A stretch of 62,848 nt of DNA, counting the filler, from Octopus bimaculoides (taxonomy: Eukaryota), in the NCBI RefSeq assembly GCF_001194135.2. It is 4 parts of 3 records of this genome, joined end to end, with 100 filler letters (N's around TTAATTAATTAA, not from the genome) between each part and the next. Parts side by side here need not be neighbours in the genome. Positions count along the whole stretch, not along the records: positions 47,361 to 60,456 come from NC_068989.1; positions 60,557 to 62,848 come from NC_069006.1; 2 more parts are not named here. One strand, 5' to 3'. Of this stretch, positions 50,754 through 62,848 are shown piece by piece. The stretch's first letter is position 1; the number at the start of each line of letters is the position of its first letter. The notes beneath the pieces were generated by a model. It searched no databases. It was not told the origin of the DNA and saw nothing but the letters and a program-made list of their open reading frames with translations. The position numbers and the translations under genes are program-made.

Positions 50754-51489
50754 GTATATATATACATATATATATAGTATATATGTATGTGCGTCTGCAC
50801 TTGTGTTTCTTTGTGTATGTATATATACATATATATACGCATGGGGGTGTATTTAAACGTGTGCGTATAACTTTACACAGGTGGGCCTGATGCTTGCTAT
50901 TGGAAGCCTTATTAGCCTTATAGTGATTTAGGACCTTATTAGTGATAGGAAGATGTGGAGCCAGGATGGAGCGGGGTTAACAGAGAAGGAAAGCACGACA
51001 GAGAGAGAGAGAGAGAGAGGGGGGGAAAGGAAAAGAGAAAAGGGAAAAGGTTCAGAATGGGCCAGTCGCCAAATTTAACGGGAATTTTAGTTTAACTGAA
51101 TTATATAGTCTTGGAGGTATATTCAATTGACAATTTGGTGAATATTGTGTTGGAAGTGTCATCGATACGCGCATACCTACCTACCTACATACATACATAC
51201 ATACATGCATGCATACATACATAGGACGTAGATACATGCATGCACACATTACACTTGTCTATATATATATATATGCATAAGTGTATGTATCGGTTTTGTC
51301 GATCCTGCCTATAACGGTACTATAAGCTATATTTGTACACACACACACACACACATGTTTGCATACAAATGCATATATAGGAATTATATTGCATCTATAC
51401 TTATATGTTTATAGTGTATTGTCAAGTAAATATGTACTCGTATGCATGTAGATATATATATGTGTGTGTGTATGTGTGTGCGTGTGTAA

Positions 51490-51528
<39 letters not shown>

Positions 51529-51533
<5 letters not shown>

Positions 51534-52030
51534 AGTTATACGGATTTATTTCACCCTAGGCACATTAACACGTAAGACGGCAAACATGGCTAGGTACAAC
51601 AACAGAATTCACAGCAATGAGCTAAGCAGCATAGGAGACAACGAATGTTGGTAGGATACTGTACATATATAAGTAGCAAATCTAATTTAAACCGTAGATC
51701 CGAATCTGGGGCCGGTCCTTGCTCTGGCGTCGGTAGAAAAAGTAAAAAATGACGGTTAGAATTTACGACAGATTTAAGCTGCACCCGGTTTAGTACCACA
51801 GCGATCACGTTGGGTGTCTCTGCAAAGTCCACTAAGTTGTACGCATTAGGGCCAGGTTTCTGAACTCGAGATATATCTCTCTGTCCAATCAGTGTTGGAA
51901 TTTCCATAAGCAACCCTGGACACGCGCTTTTATATCAGTAGTAAGAGATAAAAGAATACGAAATAGCATATTTAAGAAATTGAGGGATATGTCTTTAGCT
52001 TAGTGCCCTAAGCGCTGGTATAGTTGTATA
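51529..52030 (-). mobile_element. Longest copy of repeat family H (5' boundary uncertain)
   Basis: Reverse complement of 51529-51720 aligns by eye with 9380-9545 and abuts (TA)n. Confidence 0.5.
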
Positions 52031-52529
52031 GTTAAGAATCTTGCTTGGCAATAAAAGAAAAAAAAACCCCAGGGTTTCGCGTTCAGCTCGACCTATCGCA
52101 GTCCAGTGACTGAAACAAGTAAAAAATGAAAAACAGACGAAAGAAAGTTGTAAAAAAAAAACAGAGTTGATATGATTAAAGGTAACTTTGAACCAATTAG
52201 TATAGTTAAATCTTGTGAATGCATACGTCAGCACATATTCTGTTCCTTTGAAGCATTCTCAGACATTTTCTAGATACCCAGTATCGCTCATTAAATTTTT
52301 AAATCTCTGTTATGCATGGGGTGCAAGGCTCGGTACATTTTCATTGATGAGTAGCGTAAAAATACATGAACGTATTGTGATTACGAGACCAAATTACGTT
52401 TTAGTTTCAATTCTTGTCTGGAAACCGTTTACCATTGCTTACGCCGCTAGTATTACTGGGGAGACGATGATTTTCATAGAACTTCACAGTACTTCATTCT
52501 ACTTCCACTATAAAAAAAGGCAAAAAACA

Positions 52530-52960
52530 TAACCAACAAAAAATACGAAGAAAACCCACATCACACAACACATCACATCACAACACACCACCACGCACAC
52601 ACTAGCACTGACCAATTCCCATCCCCACATTTTCACACCTTCACACCTACATACGTTAAGATCACCAGCATTCTCTCACACACACGCACCTTCGTTTGGG
52701 GATCACTACTACTTTGTTATCTCCCCTTCTTCTTAACTCTCCTGTGTGACCCTTCGGTCCGGCATTCGCCATGATATATCGCTGACCACTACACACATTT
52801 TTTCTCTCCTTGTTTCTATCTGTGTTCCTTTCTGTTGAAGAGCGTAGGCTCGAAACGTTAAAGACTTTCTCTATTCCCGAGCGTTATACTAATACATCCA
52901 TTTGTTATTTACACCACCTGTCTTCGTCTGTTGTTTTTTCGTGAATTCTCCCTATACATA
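52530..52960 (+). mobile_element. Longest U6-hammerhead repeat copy (HHR H10 at 52828-52863)
   Basis: CTTT-CTGTTGA-A-GAG-CGTAGG-CTC-GAAA-CG-TT-AAAG with ~300 bp of C/T/A-rich upstream sequence; tail ends CTCCCTATA. Confidence 0.75.
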
Positions 52961-53336
52961 GCACACGCTCACGTGGTCGCACCAGATAATCCTGTCTCTT
53001 CTCATCACACGCGAACTTCTGGACTCTCTACCTTTTTATTCTGGACTATTTATTCTGGACTTTTTATTCGGAACTTTGCACTCTCCGGCTGTACCTCTCC
53101 TGCCTACGGATTACGCTGTACCTATCTACTAGTAAGAAGGAAAACCTCGGTATCATTATTATTTCTGCCTTGCTGTTGTTTCACAGTGTTTAAAGAAAAG
53201 AAAACTTTGCATTAATCTAATCAAACTCTTTCCTTTCCACTCGTCTAGATCTATACATTACATTCACATACTCGAATATACACCCCCCACACACAGACAC
53301 CTAAAAACACACAAACGCACACAGAAAGAAAGATAG

Positions 53337-53391
<55 letters not shown>

Positions 53392-54340
53392 CAATCAGTC
53401 ATAAACACGTACGGTCGTGAGCACACACGCACGTAATAGAGAAAATACACCAGCGTTGCCGTTGAACAGATTAAAGCAATTATAATAATGTTATATACAG
53501 ACTTCATTCCCCTTGTGATTTAATTAATTGAGGCTAAGCTATTCAGCATCTATATATTATTTTGGCGCGAACCCAATAAACTAAATGGGATTTAGCCGCT
53601 ACCATAAATCGTGTAAAGAAATGAAGAGGTTAAAAAAAATCAATTACGAAGTGTGACCGATGGGAAATAGTTTCAACATCGCATCAGGCCGCTACCAATA
53701 TCGTTAATAATTTATGAATAGTGACTGTTTTACTGTGAAATTTCTTCAGATTATTTAGGAATATNNNNNNNNNNNNNNNNNNNNNNNNNNNNNNNNNNNN
53801 NNNNNNNNNNNNNNNNNNNNNNNNNNNNNNNNNNNNNNNNNNNNNNNNNNNNNNNNNNNNNNNNNNNNNNNNNNNNNNNNNNNNNNNNNNNNNNNNNNNN
53901 NNNNNNNNNNNNNNNNNNNNNNNNNNNNNNNNNNNNNNNNNNNNNNNNNNNNNNNNNNNNNNNNNNNNNNNNNNNNNNNNNNNNNNNNNNNNNNNNNNNN
54001 NNNNNNNNNNNNNNNNNNNNNNNNNNNNNNNNNNNNNNNNNNNNNNNNNNNNNNNNNNNNNNNNNNNNNNNNNNNNNNNNNNNNNNNNNNNNNNNNNNNN
54101 NNNNNNNNNNNNNNNNNNNNNNNNNNNNNNNNNNNNNNNNNNNNNNNNNNNNNNNNNNNNNNNNNNNNNNNNNNNNNNNNNNNNNNNNNNNNNNNNNNNN
54201 NNNNNNNNNNNNNNNNNNNNNNNNNNNNNNNNNNNNNNNNNNNNNNNNNNNNNNNNNNNNNNNNNNNNNNNNNNNNNNNNNNNNNNNNNNNNNNNNNNNN
54301 NNNNNNNNNNNNNNNNNNNNNNNNNNNNNNNNNATATATG

Positions 54341-54371
<31 letters not shown>

Positions 54372-54489
54372 ATATGTTTGTATGTCTGTGTTTTTCCCCC
54401 CAGCATCGCTTGACAACCGTAACTTAGCAGTATAGCGATTGAAACAAATAAAAGATAAAAAAATAAAATAATGCAAGAAAAAAAAAGAG

Positions 54490-55110
54490 AAAGAAGAACT
54501 AGGGATGCAGAAAATATAAAAGCGAATCGTAAAGCTTTCTATAAATCTGGAAAATAGGGCCATTATTTTAAGGAAATCGCTTACAAGCAGTAAACCACCA
54601 AAAGATACGGAAATACTGAATGTAAAATTCAAAAATGTCTTCACGTCCTTGGATGAAAATTTTGAACACTACAGCTCTACAAACGGAAGTGGCAACCATG
54701 GATCACATCGATAAAAAGGAGGGAGATGTACAATTAGCCATAGATGAAGCGAGCTTAAATTCAGCAACACGCTCTTGTGGGTTCCAAGCAATTGCCTTTA
54801 AACCATGCAAATAGGCTCAATCGAAATCACTTCAAAAAATTTAACAGTTTCCTAACAAGTGATAAAACTCCCACCCCATGAAGTTGAAAGAAGGCAAAAT
54901 ATATGCAATTCGTAAAACAGGAAGCGCGGCAGATGCTAAATATTACTGATGTAACTCTTCTACTTCACATTGAAAAGGAATGGAACGAAATATCGGAAAA
55001 CGTTTTTGGAAGTAAATGTCTTGCTGTCTCTGACTACAGTTTCCAGGTTTCTCTCAAAAGAAAAGCTGCCTTGAACATAACCTCTGCAGCATTACAACGC
55101 CGTTTCGAAC
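54490..55110 (+). pseudogene. Highly decayed CR1-like LINE ORF2 (pre-RT and start of RT)
   Basis: AENIKANRKAFYK..; IYAIRKTGSAADAKY..; GFSQKKSCL resemble the IPIFKKG....NYRPISL..GFR..RSC RT motifs. Confidence 0.55.
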
Positions 55111-55223
55111 ATATAACGGCAATAAATATAAACTAGAGTAACATCTTCCAGCGCTCTCATTCAAAGAAACAAACTACAGAAGGAGAGGTCTGTCTGTCTA
55201 TCTATCTATCTATCTATCTATGT

Positions 55224-55617
55224 GGAGGCGCAATGGCCCAGTGGTTAGGGCAGCGGACGTGCGGTCATAGGATCGCGGTTTCGATTCCCAGACCGGGTGT
55301 TGTGAGTGTTTATTGAGCGAAAAACTCCTAAAGCTCCACGAGGCTCCGGCAGGAGATGGTGGCGAACGCTTCTATACTCTTTCACCACAACTTTCTCTCA
55401 CTCTTACTTCCTGTTTCTGTTGTGCCTATAATTCAGAGGGTCAGCCTTGTCTCACTGTGTCACGCTGAATATCCCCGAGAACTACATTAAGGGTACACGT
55501 GTCTGTGGAGTGCTCAGCCACTTGCACATTAATTTCACGAGCAGGCTGTTCCATTGATCGGATCAACTGGAACCCTCGACGTCGTAAGCGACGGAGTGCC
55601 AACAAAAACAACAACAA
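55224..55617 (+). mobile_element. Full-length SINE family B
   Basis: Near-identical to the copies at 35983 and 10118; (AAC)n-like tail. Confidence 0.9.
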
Positions 55618-56308
55618 ATTTATCTATCTATTCGGCTCGAGTTTGATTTGCGAACCGAGTTCCCGGCGGGATCACAATGACGTGAAACTCGAACCGCCAG
55701 ACAAACTTCCTGCTTCGATAAAAATCACATCCTGCTCAAGATGTATTGAGCACTTTTATTTCATTCGTTTGACATAAGCCAACATAAGAAATGTGTGTGT
55801 GTGTTTGTTTGTTTGTTTGTTTGTTAATCAAAAGGTGATTGCTTTTTGATTAACGATATTGATGCTGTCTTCTTGCGTAAACAAATGCACGGCGAGTTCG
55901 AACAGAAGATCCTTGTCTACTGTTTGAACTTTCTAGATGAAGAGAATCTTACAGAGAGAAAATTAGTTCATAGTTTTGGACAGAGTGAAGTCTGGCTTTA
56001 ACAGCTTTGATTCAATCTTCTAATATCTTTTTGACCAAACATCACAAGCCAAATTGCCGAAGGAAATAAGTGCAAACGATTGCATGAAATCAAGTACATT
56101 ACGCCAATTTATTTTATCAAATATCTCTTCACGAATTGATGAAAGGTAAAATCCAGATCTGCAGCATTTGAAACGAGGAAATTTATAGAATGTTTATATT
56201 CTGTCTGTTATCTTTTACTTGCTTCATTCGTTAGATAAGAATGAATATTGTAAATGTTTTTTTCTTCTCATAACTGTATACCTACTTTTTCAACCCTATA
56301 TATATCTA

Positions 56309-56370
<62 letters not shown>

Positions 56371-56374
56371 AATA

Positions 56375-56532
56375 TACACGATGGGCTTCATTCAGTTTCT
56401 GTCTACCAGATCCACTCACAAGGCTTTGGTCGGACCAAGGTTACAGTAGAAAACATTTGCTGAAGGTGCTACGCAGTGGGACTGAACCAAGAACCATGTG
56501 GTCGGGAAACAAACTTCTTACACGCAGCCATA
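56375..56532 (-). mobile_element. SINE family C head next to (TA)n
   Basis: ACGATGGGCTTCATTCAGTTTCTGTCTACCAGATCCACTCACAAGGCTTTGGTCGG.. is the reverse complement of the C head. Confidence 0.8.
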
Positions 56533-58189
56533 TCTGGACCAATATGTAGATTAAAAGTTAGAAACATAAACACATAGCTAAGTATAGGGCGTAATATAAT
56601 AAAAAATAAAGAGGTGGTTGTAAATGGCATTAAATCATGAGTAAATTTGAAAATATATAACTTAAACTGAAAATACAGGAAAATTAGGATGGTGGAAGTT
56701 CATAGTAATTCTTTATTGATAGGCTGATATCCAAGAAGTCCTTACTCTAATTTCATAGATAGAGGAGAGGATAATCTAACTAGTCATTCGTAATTGTTCA
56801 TTCTGGATAGGTCGTAAAAATCTGGGGAGTTCATACTCGAACCTCGCAAATAAGAAATTAGTGTATACGGGTAATCCTTCACAGCTGTATCTGGGGTGTG
56901 GCTTTAAGTACGAGTAACAATAGATTTGTGTTAAAGAATGCATATGAAATAACACAAGGTTAAATAATACGAACAACTCACCTACGGGTGTCGCGAAAGG
57001 CCTGGTTGGTGGCCTAACCTTCTGAGTTCTTTTACAGGTCTTAGAAAAACTGAAGGACTGTTGCTATATGTTTGTGAATCTGAGAAATTTTATGCTCAAT
57101 AAAATCATAATTAACAGATCCTCCTGTATTTTCTTTTACCCCAAGCCAGGGATTTTTCAGCACGCCTCGCATCTCTGTGAGAGTGGGTATATATATATAT
57201 ATATTAAAGAAGTGATTTTAAATTCTCAATCGCAGAATAATGCTAATAATATANNNNNNNNNNNNNNNNNNNNNNNNNNNNNNNNNNNNNNNNNNNNNNN
57301 NNNNNNNNNNNNNNNNNNNNNNNNNNNNNNNNNNNNNNNNNNNNNNNNNNNNNNNNNNNNNNNNNNNNNNNNNNNNNNNNNNNNNNNNNNNNNNNNNNNN
57401 NNNNNNNNNNNNNNNNNNNNNNNNNNNNNNNNNNNNNNNNNNNNNNNNNNNNNNNNNNNNNNNNNNNNNNNNNNNNNNNNNNNNNATATATCAGCGTTTT
57501 CTTCTTATCGAGGATATTTCCAAAATGTCTTCATCCTTCTGAGCCATTCGCTAGGGAGAAGATGATTCGAGACTTTCAGTGATTGGTTTTCAAAATTCCT
57601 GTATCGATGCCACAATGTTCTTCTTTTCCTTCCAACTCCCCGACTTTTCAATCTTTTACAACCAGTTTCAGAGCGACTCAAAAGGGAAATAAAATTGGCT
57701 GGTGTTCATGATTTTCTTGAAGAAAATTTCACCAAGCAGGATATTCCAAATTGCTTTTTAGTTTATAACGCTTAGAAAGTAGAACCAAAATGGCTATTTG
57801 CCAGAAATCCGAAGTCTCGCAATAATTATTTTCCTTCTCTTAAGATTCTTAGTTCAAATCTGGCCGAGATGACATTCGTTTCATTCCTCGAGGGTTAATG
57901 AAATATGTAAGTAAAACGTTAATGTAATGATTCACTAAAAATGATTGTTTGGCGTTGTGCCTAAAAACAGGAAGTAAAGAATATTTACATAAACCTATAG
58001 ATACTCATACGGAAGTAAGTGTAATATATTGGTAGAATCAGTTCAGATACATGTTTGACGCTTAATCATGATTGTAAACACCTGAACGTATGTTAATTCC
58101 AGCGGGATTTGACCTCGAAACCTTGAGAGAAGAAACTGATTAATGGAAAATATTGTCCACTTCACAATCTCCATCTTAATAAAGATAAT

Positions 58190-58412
58190 AATGATTTCAA
58201 ATTTTGGTACAAGGCCAGAAACTTCCGGGGGAGGGGATAAATCGATTAGAGTGACCCCAGTGCTCAATTGGAGCTTGTTTCATTGACCTCGAAAGAATGA
58301 GAATGAAAGGCAGAGTCAACCCCGGCAGAATTTGAACTCAGAACGTAAAGACGGATGAAATGTCACTAAGTATTTTGTCCGGCGTGCTAACGATTCTGCC
58401 AGTTCGCTGCCG
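58190..58412 (-). mobile_element. SINE family A
   Basis: GGCAGAATTTGAACTCAGAACGTAAAGACGGATGAAATG..GGCGTGCTAACGATTCTGCCAG. Confidence 0.8.
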
Positions 58413-58866
58413 CGGTGAAAATATTTTCTAGCATGACACATAACCACAGGTTTTGCGATATTTGTCTATAGGTACGTAGTGAAGAGACTTGCTTTGCAAC
58501 AGGTTAGTTTTGAGTTCAATCCCGCTCACTGGACCAACCTGTGCCATGTGAGTGAATATGGCAGACGGAAAGGACATGGAAGATCGTCTTATGTATGTAT
58601 AGATGAAAGACAGAAAATGGAATTCACGAGATACTTTATTCAAATCCACTACAGCTATTTAGACTCATCCCACATCTGTATCTCAGATGAGCACTCTACA
58701 GACACGTGTACCCTTAATTAAATTTTAATTCTCAATATTACAAAGTATAATTTTTATTCTTAATTTTTATTCTTAATTTTTAATTCATAATTTTTAATCT
58801 TTAATGCTTAATTGTATTGCTTATTTTCAAAGGGATGTAAAATTAGATATAGAATATTTTGAAATA

Positions 58867-58958
58867 GAACCTGAAGATGTGTTGGAAGAATTGTAAATCT
58901 GACGATTGTGTATATGTATATATATTGTAATCATCCAATACTGAAACACGTGTAGTTC
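58867..58958 (+). ncRNA. Hammerhead ribozyme motif H11 (intact core, extended helix II)
   Basis: GAAC-CTGAAGA-T-GTGTTGGA..47 nt..TCCAATAC-T-GAAA-CACGTG-TA-GTTC. 4-bp helix I, 8-bp helix II, palindromic helix III, GUA triplet; predicted cut after 58954. Confidence 0.8.
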
Positions 58959-59168
58959 CTTCATATTTAATAAATATAAGTATTAACTAAAGTAGGATAT
59001 AAATTAACGAAGTATATTATATACCCTGCTGGAAATTTTGGTTATATCCTTTAAGTATTATTTCATGATGTGCAAACTGATACCATGAGTTTACAGTCAG
59101 ATATACTCGTTAGGTTATTTTTGTATTCTCTGAAATAGAATACCCGCATATCAATTAATCCCCAAAAC

Positions 59169-59212
<44 letters not shown>

Positions 59213-59216
59213 GGTT

Positions 59217-59275
59217 TCTTCTACTGAAGATTGCAAAGCAATTTTTTGCAGAGCGTGAAATCTCGAGGTATAAGA
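59217..59275 (+). ncRNA. Hammerhead ribozyme motif H12 (intact core, imperfect helices)
   Basis: TCTTCTA-CTGAAGA-T-TGCAAAGCAATTTTTTGCAGAGCG-T-GAAA-TCTCGAGG-TA-TAAGA; near-palindromic helix III, GUA triplet. Confidence 0.55.
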
Positions 59276-59571
59276 TTATCCAATATTTTTTGGTATTTTC
59301 TTGCTCACTCCTTCGCTTTCGTACCTGTGGTTGAATAGAGAGAGCAAANNNNNNNNNNNNNNNNNNNNNNNNNNNNNNNNNNNNNNNNNNNNNNNNNNNN
59401 NNNNNNNNNNNNNNNNNNNNNNNNNNNNNNNNNNNNNNNNNNNNNNNNNNNNNNNNNNNNNNNNNNNNNNNGTATTTGATACCTATTTCTAGCATTAGCG
59501 CTGGTAATTTCCAGTAGCCCTTTACTATGATTATATCTTTATAATTATATACGTAATATATATATATTCTT

Positions 59572-59751
59572 TTATTATTTTACTTGTTTCAGTCATTTGA
59601 CTGCGGCCATGCTGGAGCACCACCTTCAGTCGAACAAATCGACTCCAGGTCTTATTGTTTGTAAGCCTTCGGATACTTTTGCCGAATCACTAGATTACGG
59701 GGACGTAAACACACCAACATCGATTGTCAATCGATTGTGGGGGAGACAAAT

Positions 59752-59793
<42 letters not shown>

Positions 59794-59846
59794 NNNNNNN
59801 NNNNNNNNNNNNNNNNNNNNNNNNNNNNNNNNNNNNNNNNNNNNNN

Positions 59847-59880
<34 letters not shown>

Positions 59881-59975
59881 GACGGGCTTCTTTCAGTTTC
59901 CGTCTACTAAATCCGCTTGCAAGGCTTTCGTCGGCCCGAGGATATAGCAGAAGACACTTGCCCAGGGTACCACAG
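59572..59975 (-). mobile_element. SINE family C with head, internal (TA)n/(TG)n tract and tail in one copy
   Basis: The tail (59572-59750), microsatellite and gap, and head (59875-59975) are all co-oriented on the minus strand. Confidence 0.8.
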
Positions 59976-60795
59976 CCAGGCCTGCGACTATATATATATA
60001 TATATATATTTATTTATATATCTATAAATGTGTGTTCATTATGTATGTATGCATGTATGTATGTATGTATGTATGTATACATGTATGTATATATGTATGT
60101 GTGTATACTGTTTGTGTGAGTATGTGTATGTGTCTGTGTGTGTTGGGCTTTAGTTAAATTCGTCCATAAGACACTGGTCAATTGAATGTTGCGTTCCAAA
60201 TTGCGATCGATAGCGAAACGATGCGGTTGCGAAGCGAATTCTTTTAACGACAGAACCATGCTAGTTTGCATGAGAAACAATGGGACTCAGATAAATTGTT
60301 CAAATGCACGCGTTCAAGTTTAAATGAACCATGACAATTCTGTAACCACGTTGCTATTACTTAGATTTCTGAAACGTGTCTACACGAACATTATTGGAAA
60401 TCAATGCCTTTACAAATGTAATTGCATATATATTATATATATATATATATATATATNNNNNNNNNNNNNNNNNNNNNNNNNNNNNNNNNNNNNNNNNNNN
60501 TTAATTAATTAANNNNNNNNNNNNNNNNNNNNNNNNNNNNNNNNNNNNNNNNNNNNCATACATAAACATTAAAAAAAAATATATGTATGTATGTATGTGT
60601 GGGTTATTCTAACCGAAAATATGTTATGTTCAGTACAACGTAAATACCATCTGCAGCACTTCAGATACTATAAGTTGTCTTAAAAATAACAATATAATTT
60701 TTTTTTTTAATAAAACCATGGGACACTTTAAGACGAAATATGCTACAATGGTGATACCGTGTATGTTTGTTTATTTGGTTTTGTAAATTTTATTT

Positions 60796-60843
<48 letters not shown>

Positions 60844-61226
60844 TTTTTACTTCATTTACGTTTAGCTTCTTTATTTATTAATATATAATTGTGTTTACAC
60901 ACGCATGCGCAGATACACTCACATATTGGAAAGAAAACGAAATATCACACAATAAAGCAGAAATCAATATTTAAGCGAATACTAATTTTTAGCGGTATTC
61001 TATGAATTATGGAAAGATGATTTTGTCACGCAAACTGTGTGACATATGGTCCTAAAAAAACACCTCTGGAGGGTATGTATGTATATATACGTGTGTGTGT
61101 GTTTGCGTATGTAGGTATGTATGTTTTTATATATGTATGTATATATGTATGTATGCCTATCTTTGTGTGTACGTATGTAAGAATGTATGCCTGTATATAT
61201 GTGAATATACATGTATGTATGTATGG

Positions 61227-61258
<32 letters not shown>

Positions 61259-62102
61259 GTTCGTGTATATATGTAAATATGTCTGTATCTATGTGTATAT
61301 AGGTCTATATATGTATGTATGTTTATATGTGTATGTGTATATGAACGTATGTCTGTATGAATACATATGTCTATATCTATGTGTGTGTATATTCGTATGT
61401 GTGTATATAAGTATGGATGCTGGAATCTGTATGTGAACGTATGTATGTAAACTTGGTCATCTGAGCACGAAAACAGAAGAGAAAGCATGAGTTGATTATA
61501 TATATATATATATATATATATTCTTTACGTCTTATCTGCGCGATTTCACGGAGTGACTCACCGGTCAAGAGTTTCGTCCATTGATACTGATCATCATGTG
61601 AGAGGAATGTATTGTTTAGCTTCAAGTAGATCCGGATCAACAAAACAGTGCCACAAATGTTAGAATGGTGAGCATTCTCTTTCTGAGGTGAAGTCTTCTT
61701 TCCAAAACCTCCTCCTCCTTCTCCTCCTCCTCCTCCTCCTCCTTCTTCTTCTTCTTCTTCTTCTTCTTCTTCTTCTTCTTCTTCTTNNNNNNNNNNNNNN
61801 NNNNNNNNNNNNNNNNNNNNNNNNNNNNNNNNNNNNNNNNNNNNNNNNNNNNNNNNNNNNNNNNNNNNNNNNNNNNNNNNNNNNNNNNNNNNNNNNNNNN
61901 NNNNNNNNNNNNNNNNNNNNNNNNNNNNNNNNNNNNNNNNNNNNNNNNNNNNNNNNNNNNNNNNNNNNNNNNNNNNNNNNNNNNNNNNNNNNNNNNNNNN
62001 NNNNNNNNNNNNNNNNNNNNNNNNNNNNNNNNNNNNNNNNNNNNNNNNNNNNNNNNNNNNNNNNNNNNNNNNNNNNNNNNNNNNNNNNNNNNNNNNNNNN
62101 NN

Positions 62103-62273
62103 TTACTGTATTGAAAGTGTTTTGCGTAGAATGTGTGCAGTACCCAGTAGTGCAATTTTCTGTATGTTATATATATTTGTAAGTCCTGGTGTTTTTGTTA
62201 TGTATTTGTCTGAATATTTTTTTTATTATACCTAAGGCACCTACTATGATAGGAATTGTTTCTGTTTTTAGAC

Positions 62274-62274
<1 letters not shown>
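62103..62274 (-). pseudogene. R4/Dong-like ORF C-terminus, 5'-truncated at an (AAT)n tract
   Basis: LKTETIPIIVGALGIIKK..(frameshift)..IQKIALLGTAHILRKTLSIQ-stop is homologous to the end of 34422-34991. Confidence 0.85.
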
Positions 62275-62328
<54 letters not shown>

Positions 62329-62650
62329 CATTCCTTCATCGTTTTCTTCTTTTCCTTTTATTTTTCCTTCTTTTCCTTCTTTTCCTTCTTTCCTTCTTCG
62401 TTTTCTTTTTTCCTCTTCTTTTTCATCTTCTCCATTCTTCTTCTTTGCGAACCTGGAATCATGTGCCACACAGCCACTCCTTGAGCGGCGCGTGAAGTTC
62501 TTGAGCAAGACACTTCATTCCAGGCTGCTGCAGTGCCCCTTGCCATCCATTTTCAGTTTAGTTCACGGATCGCCAGGGTTCCGTGAACCCCAAGCTGGGA
62601 AGAACTGGCCTAGCTGGTCACGTGATCATGTGATATACATATATATATAT

Positions 62651-62848
62651 AGGAGTGGCTGTGTGGTAAGTAGCTAGCTTACCAACCACATGGTCCCGGG
62701 TTCAGTTTCACTGCGCGGCATCTTGGGCAAGTGTCTTCTACTATAGCCTCGGGCCGACCAAAGCCTTCTGAGTGGATTTGGTAGACGGAAACTGAAAGAA
62801 GCCCGTCGTATATATGTATTTATATATATATGTATGTGTGTGTGTATG
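62651..62848 (+). mobile_element. SINE family C head running into its internal (TA)/(TG) tract
   Basis: GGAGTGGCTGTGTGGTAAGTAG..CCGGGTTCAGTTTCACTGCG..TTGGGCAAGTGTCTT..GAAAGAAGCCCGTCGTATATATG. Confidence 0.85.

Noticed and set aside
52343-52380. TTGATGA-GTA..TAC-ATGAACGTA
   Set aside because: GAAA is incomplete and helix I is absent.
53660-53692. Minus-strand CTGATGC-GATGTT-GAAA
   Set aside because: A9 is changed and neither helix II nor helix I forms; probably chance.
55823-55854. 11-bp perfect inverted repeat GTTAATCAAAA/TTTTGATTAAC
   Set aside because: It is short and AT-rich with no TSD or family context.
56976-57210. Minus-strand donor AG|GTGAGT at 56982 with nearby open frames; similar donors at ~29038 and 61562
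   Set aside because: No convincing acceptor or recognisable peptide, and such 8-mers are expected by chance in this much sequence.
57490-57740. Coding-like purine-skewed stretch on the minus strand
   Set aside because: All frames have stops and I recognise no motif; possibly a very old retroelement, but unsupported.

Overview
This is AT-rich animal DNA from a gapped draft assembly. It is most likely an octopus (coleoid cephalopod); that is my inference from the SINE families and extreme microsatellite density, and it is not verified. There is no complete protein-coding gene, rRNA, true tRNA gene or CRISPR array. Almost all six-frame ORFs are artefacts of microsatellites or N-gaps. The window contains: (i) many copies of at least four SINE families; (ii) decayed non-LTR retrotransposon pieces (R4/Dong-like RLE, CR1-like, and a Penelope-type GIY-YIG fragment); (iii) Tc1/mariner, Tigger-like and hAT-type DNA transposon remnants and MITEs; (iv) microsatellites and N-gaps. 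Three N44-TTAATTAATTAA-N44 linkers show the window is at least four artificially joined pieces. The main discovery is about a dozen minimal type I hammerhead-ribozyme (HHR) motifs from several unrelated sequence families, on both strands. Most have the short or palindromic helix III typical of Penelope-like elements. They include a multicopy family with a fixed non-canonical core (CUGUYGA, A6U), U4C and C3U variants, an opposite-polarity pair about 0.6 kb apart, and a same-strand pair whose predicted cut sites are 316 nt apart. All folds were assigned by eye; no activity or database comparison could be tested. Repeat boundaries are approximate unless a target-site duplication (TSD) is quoted.
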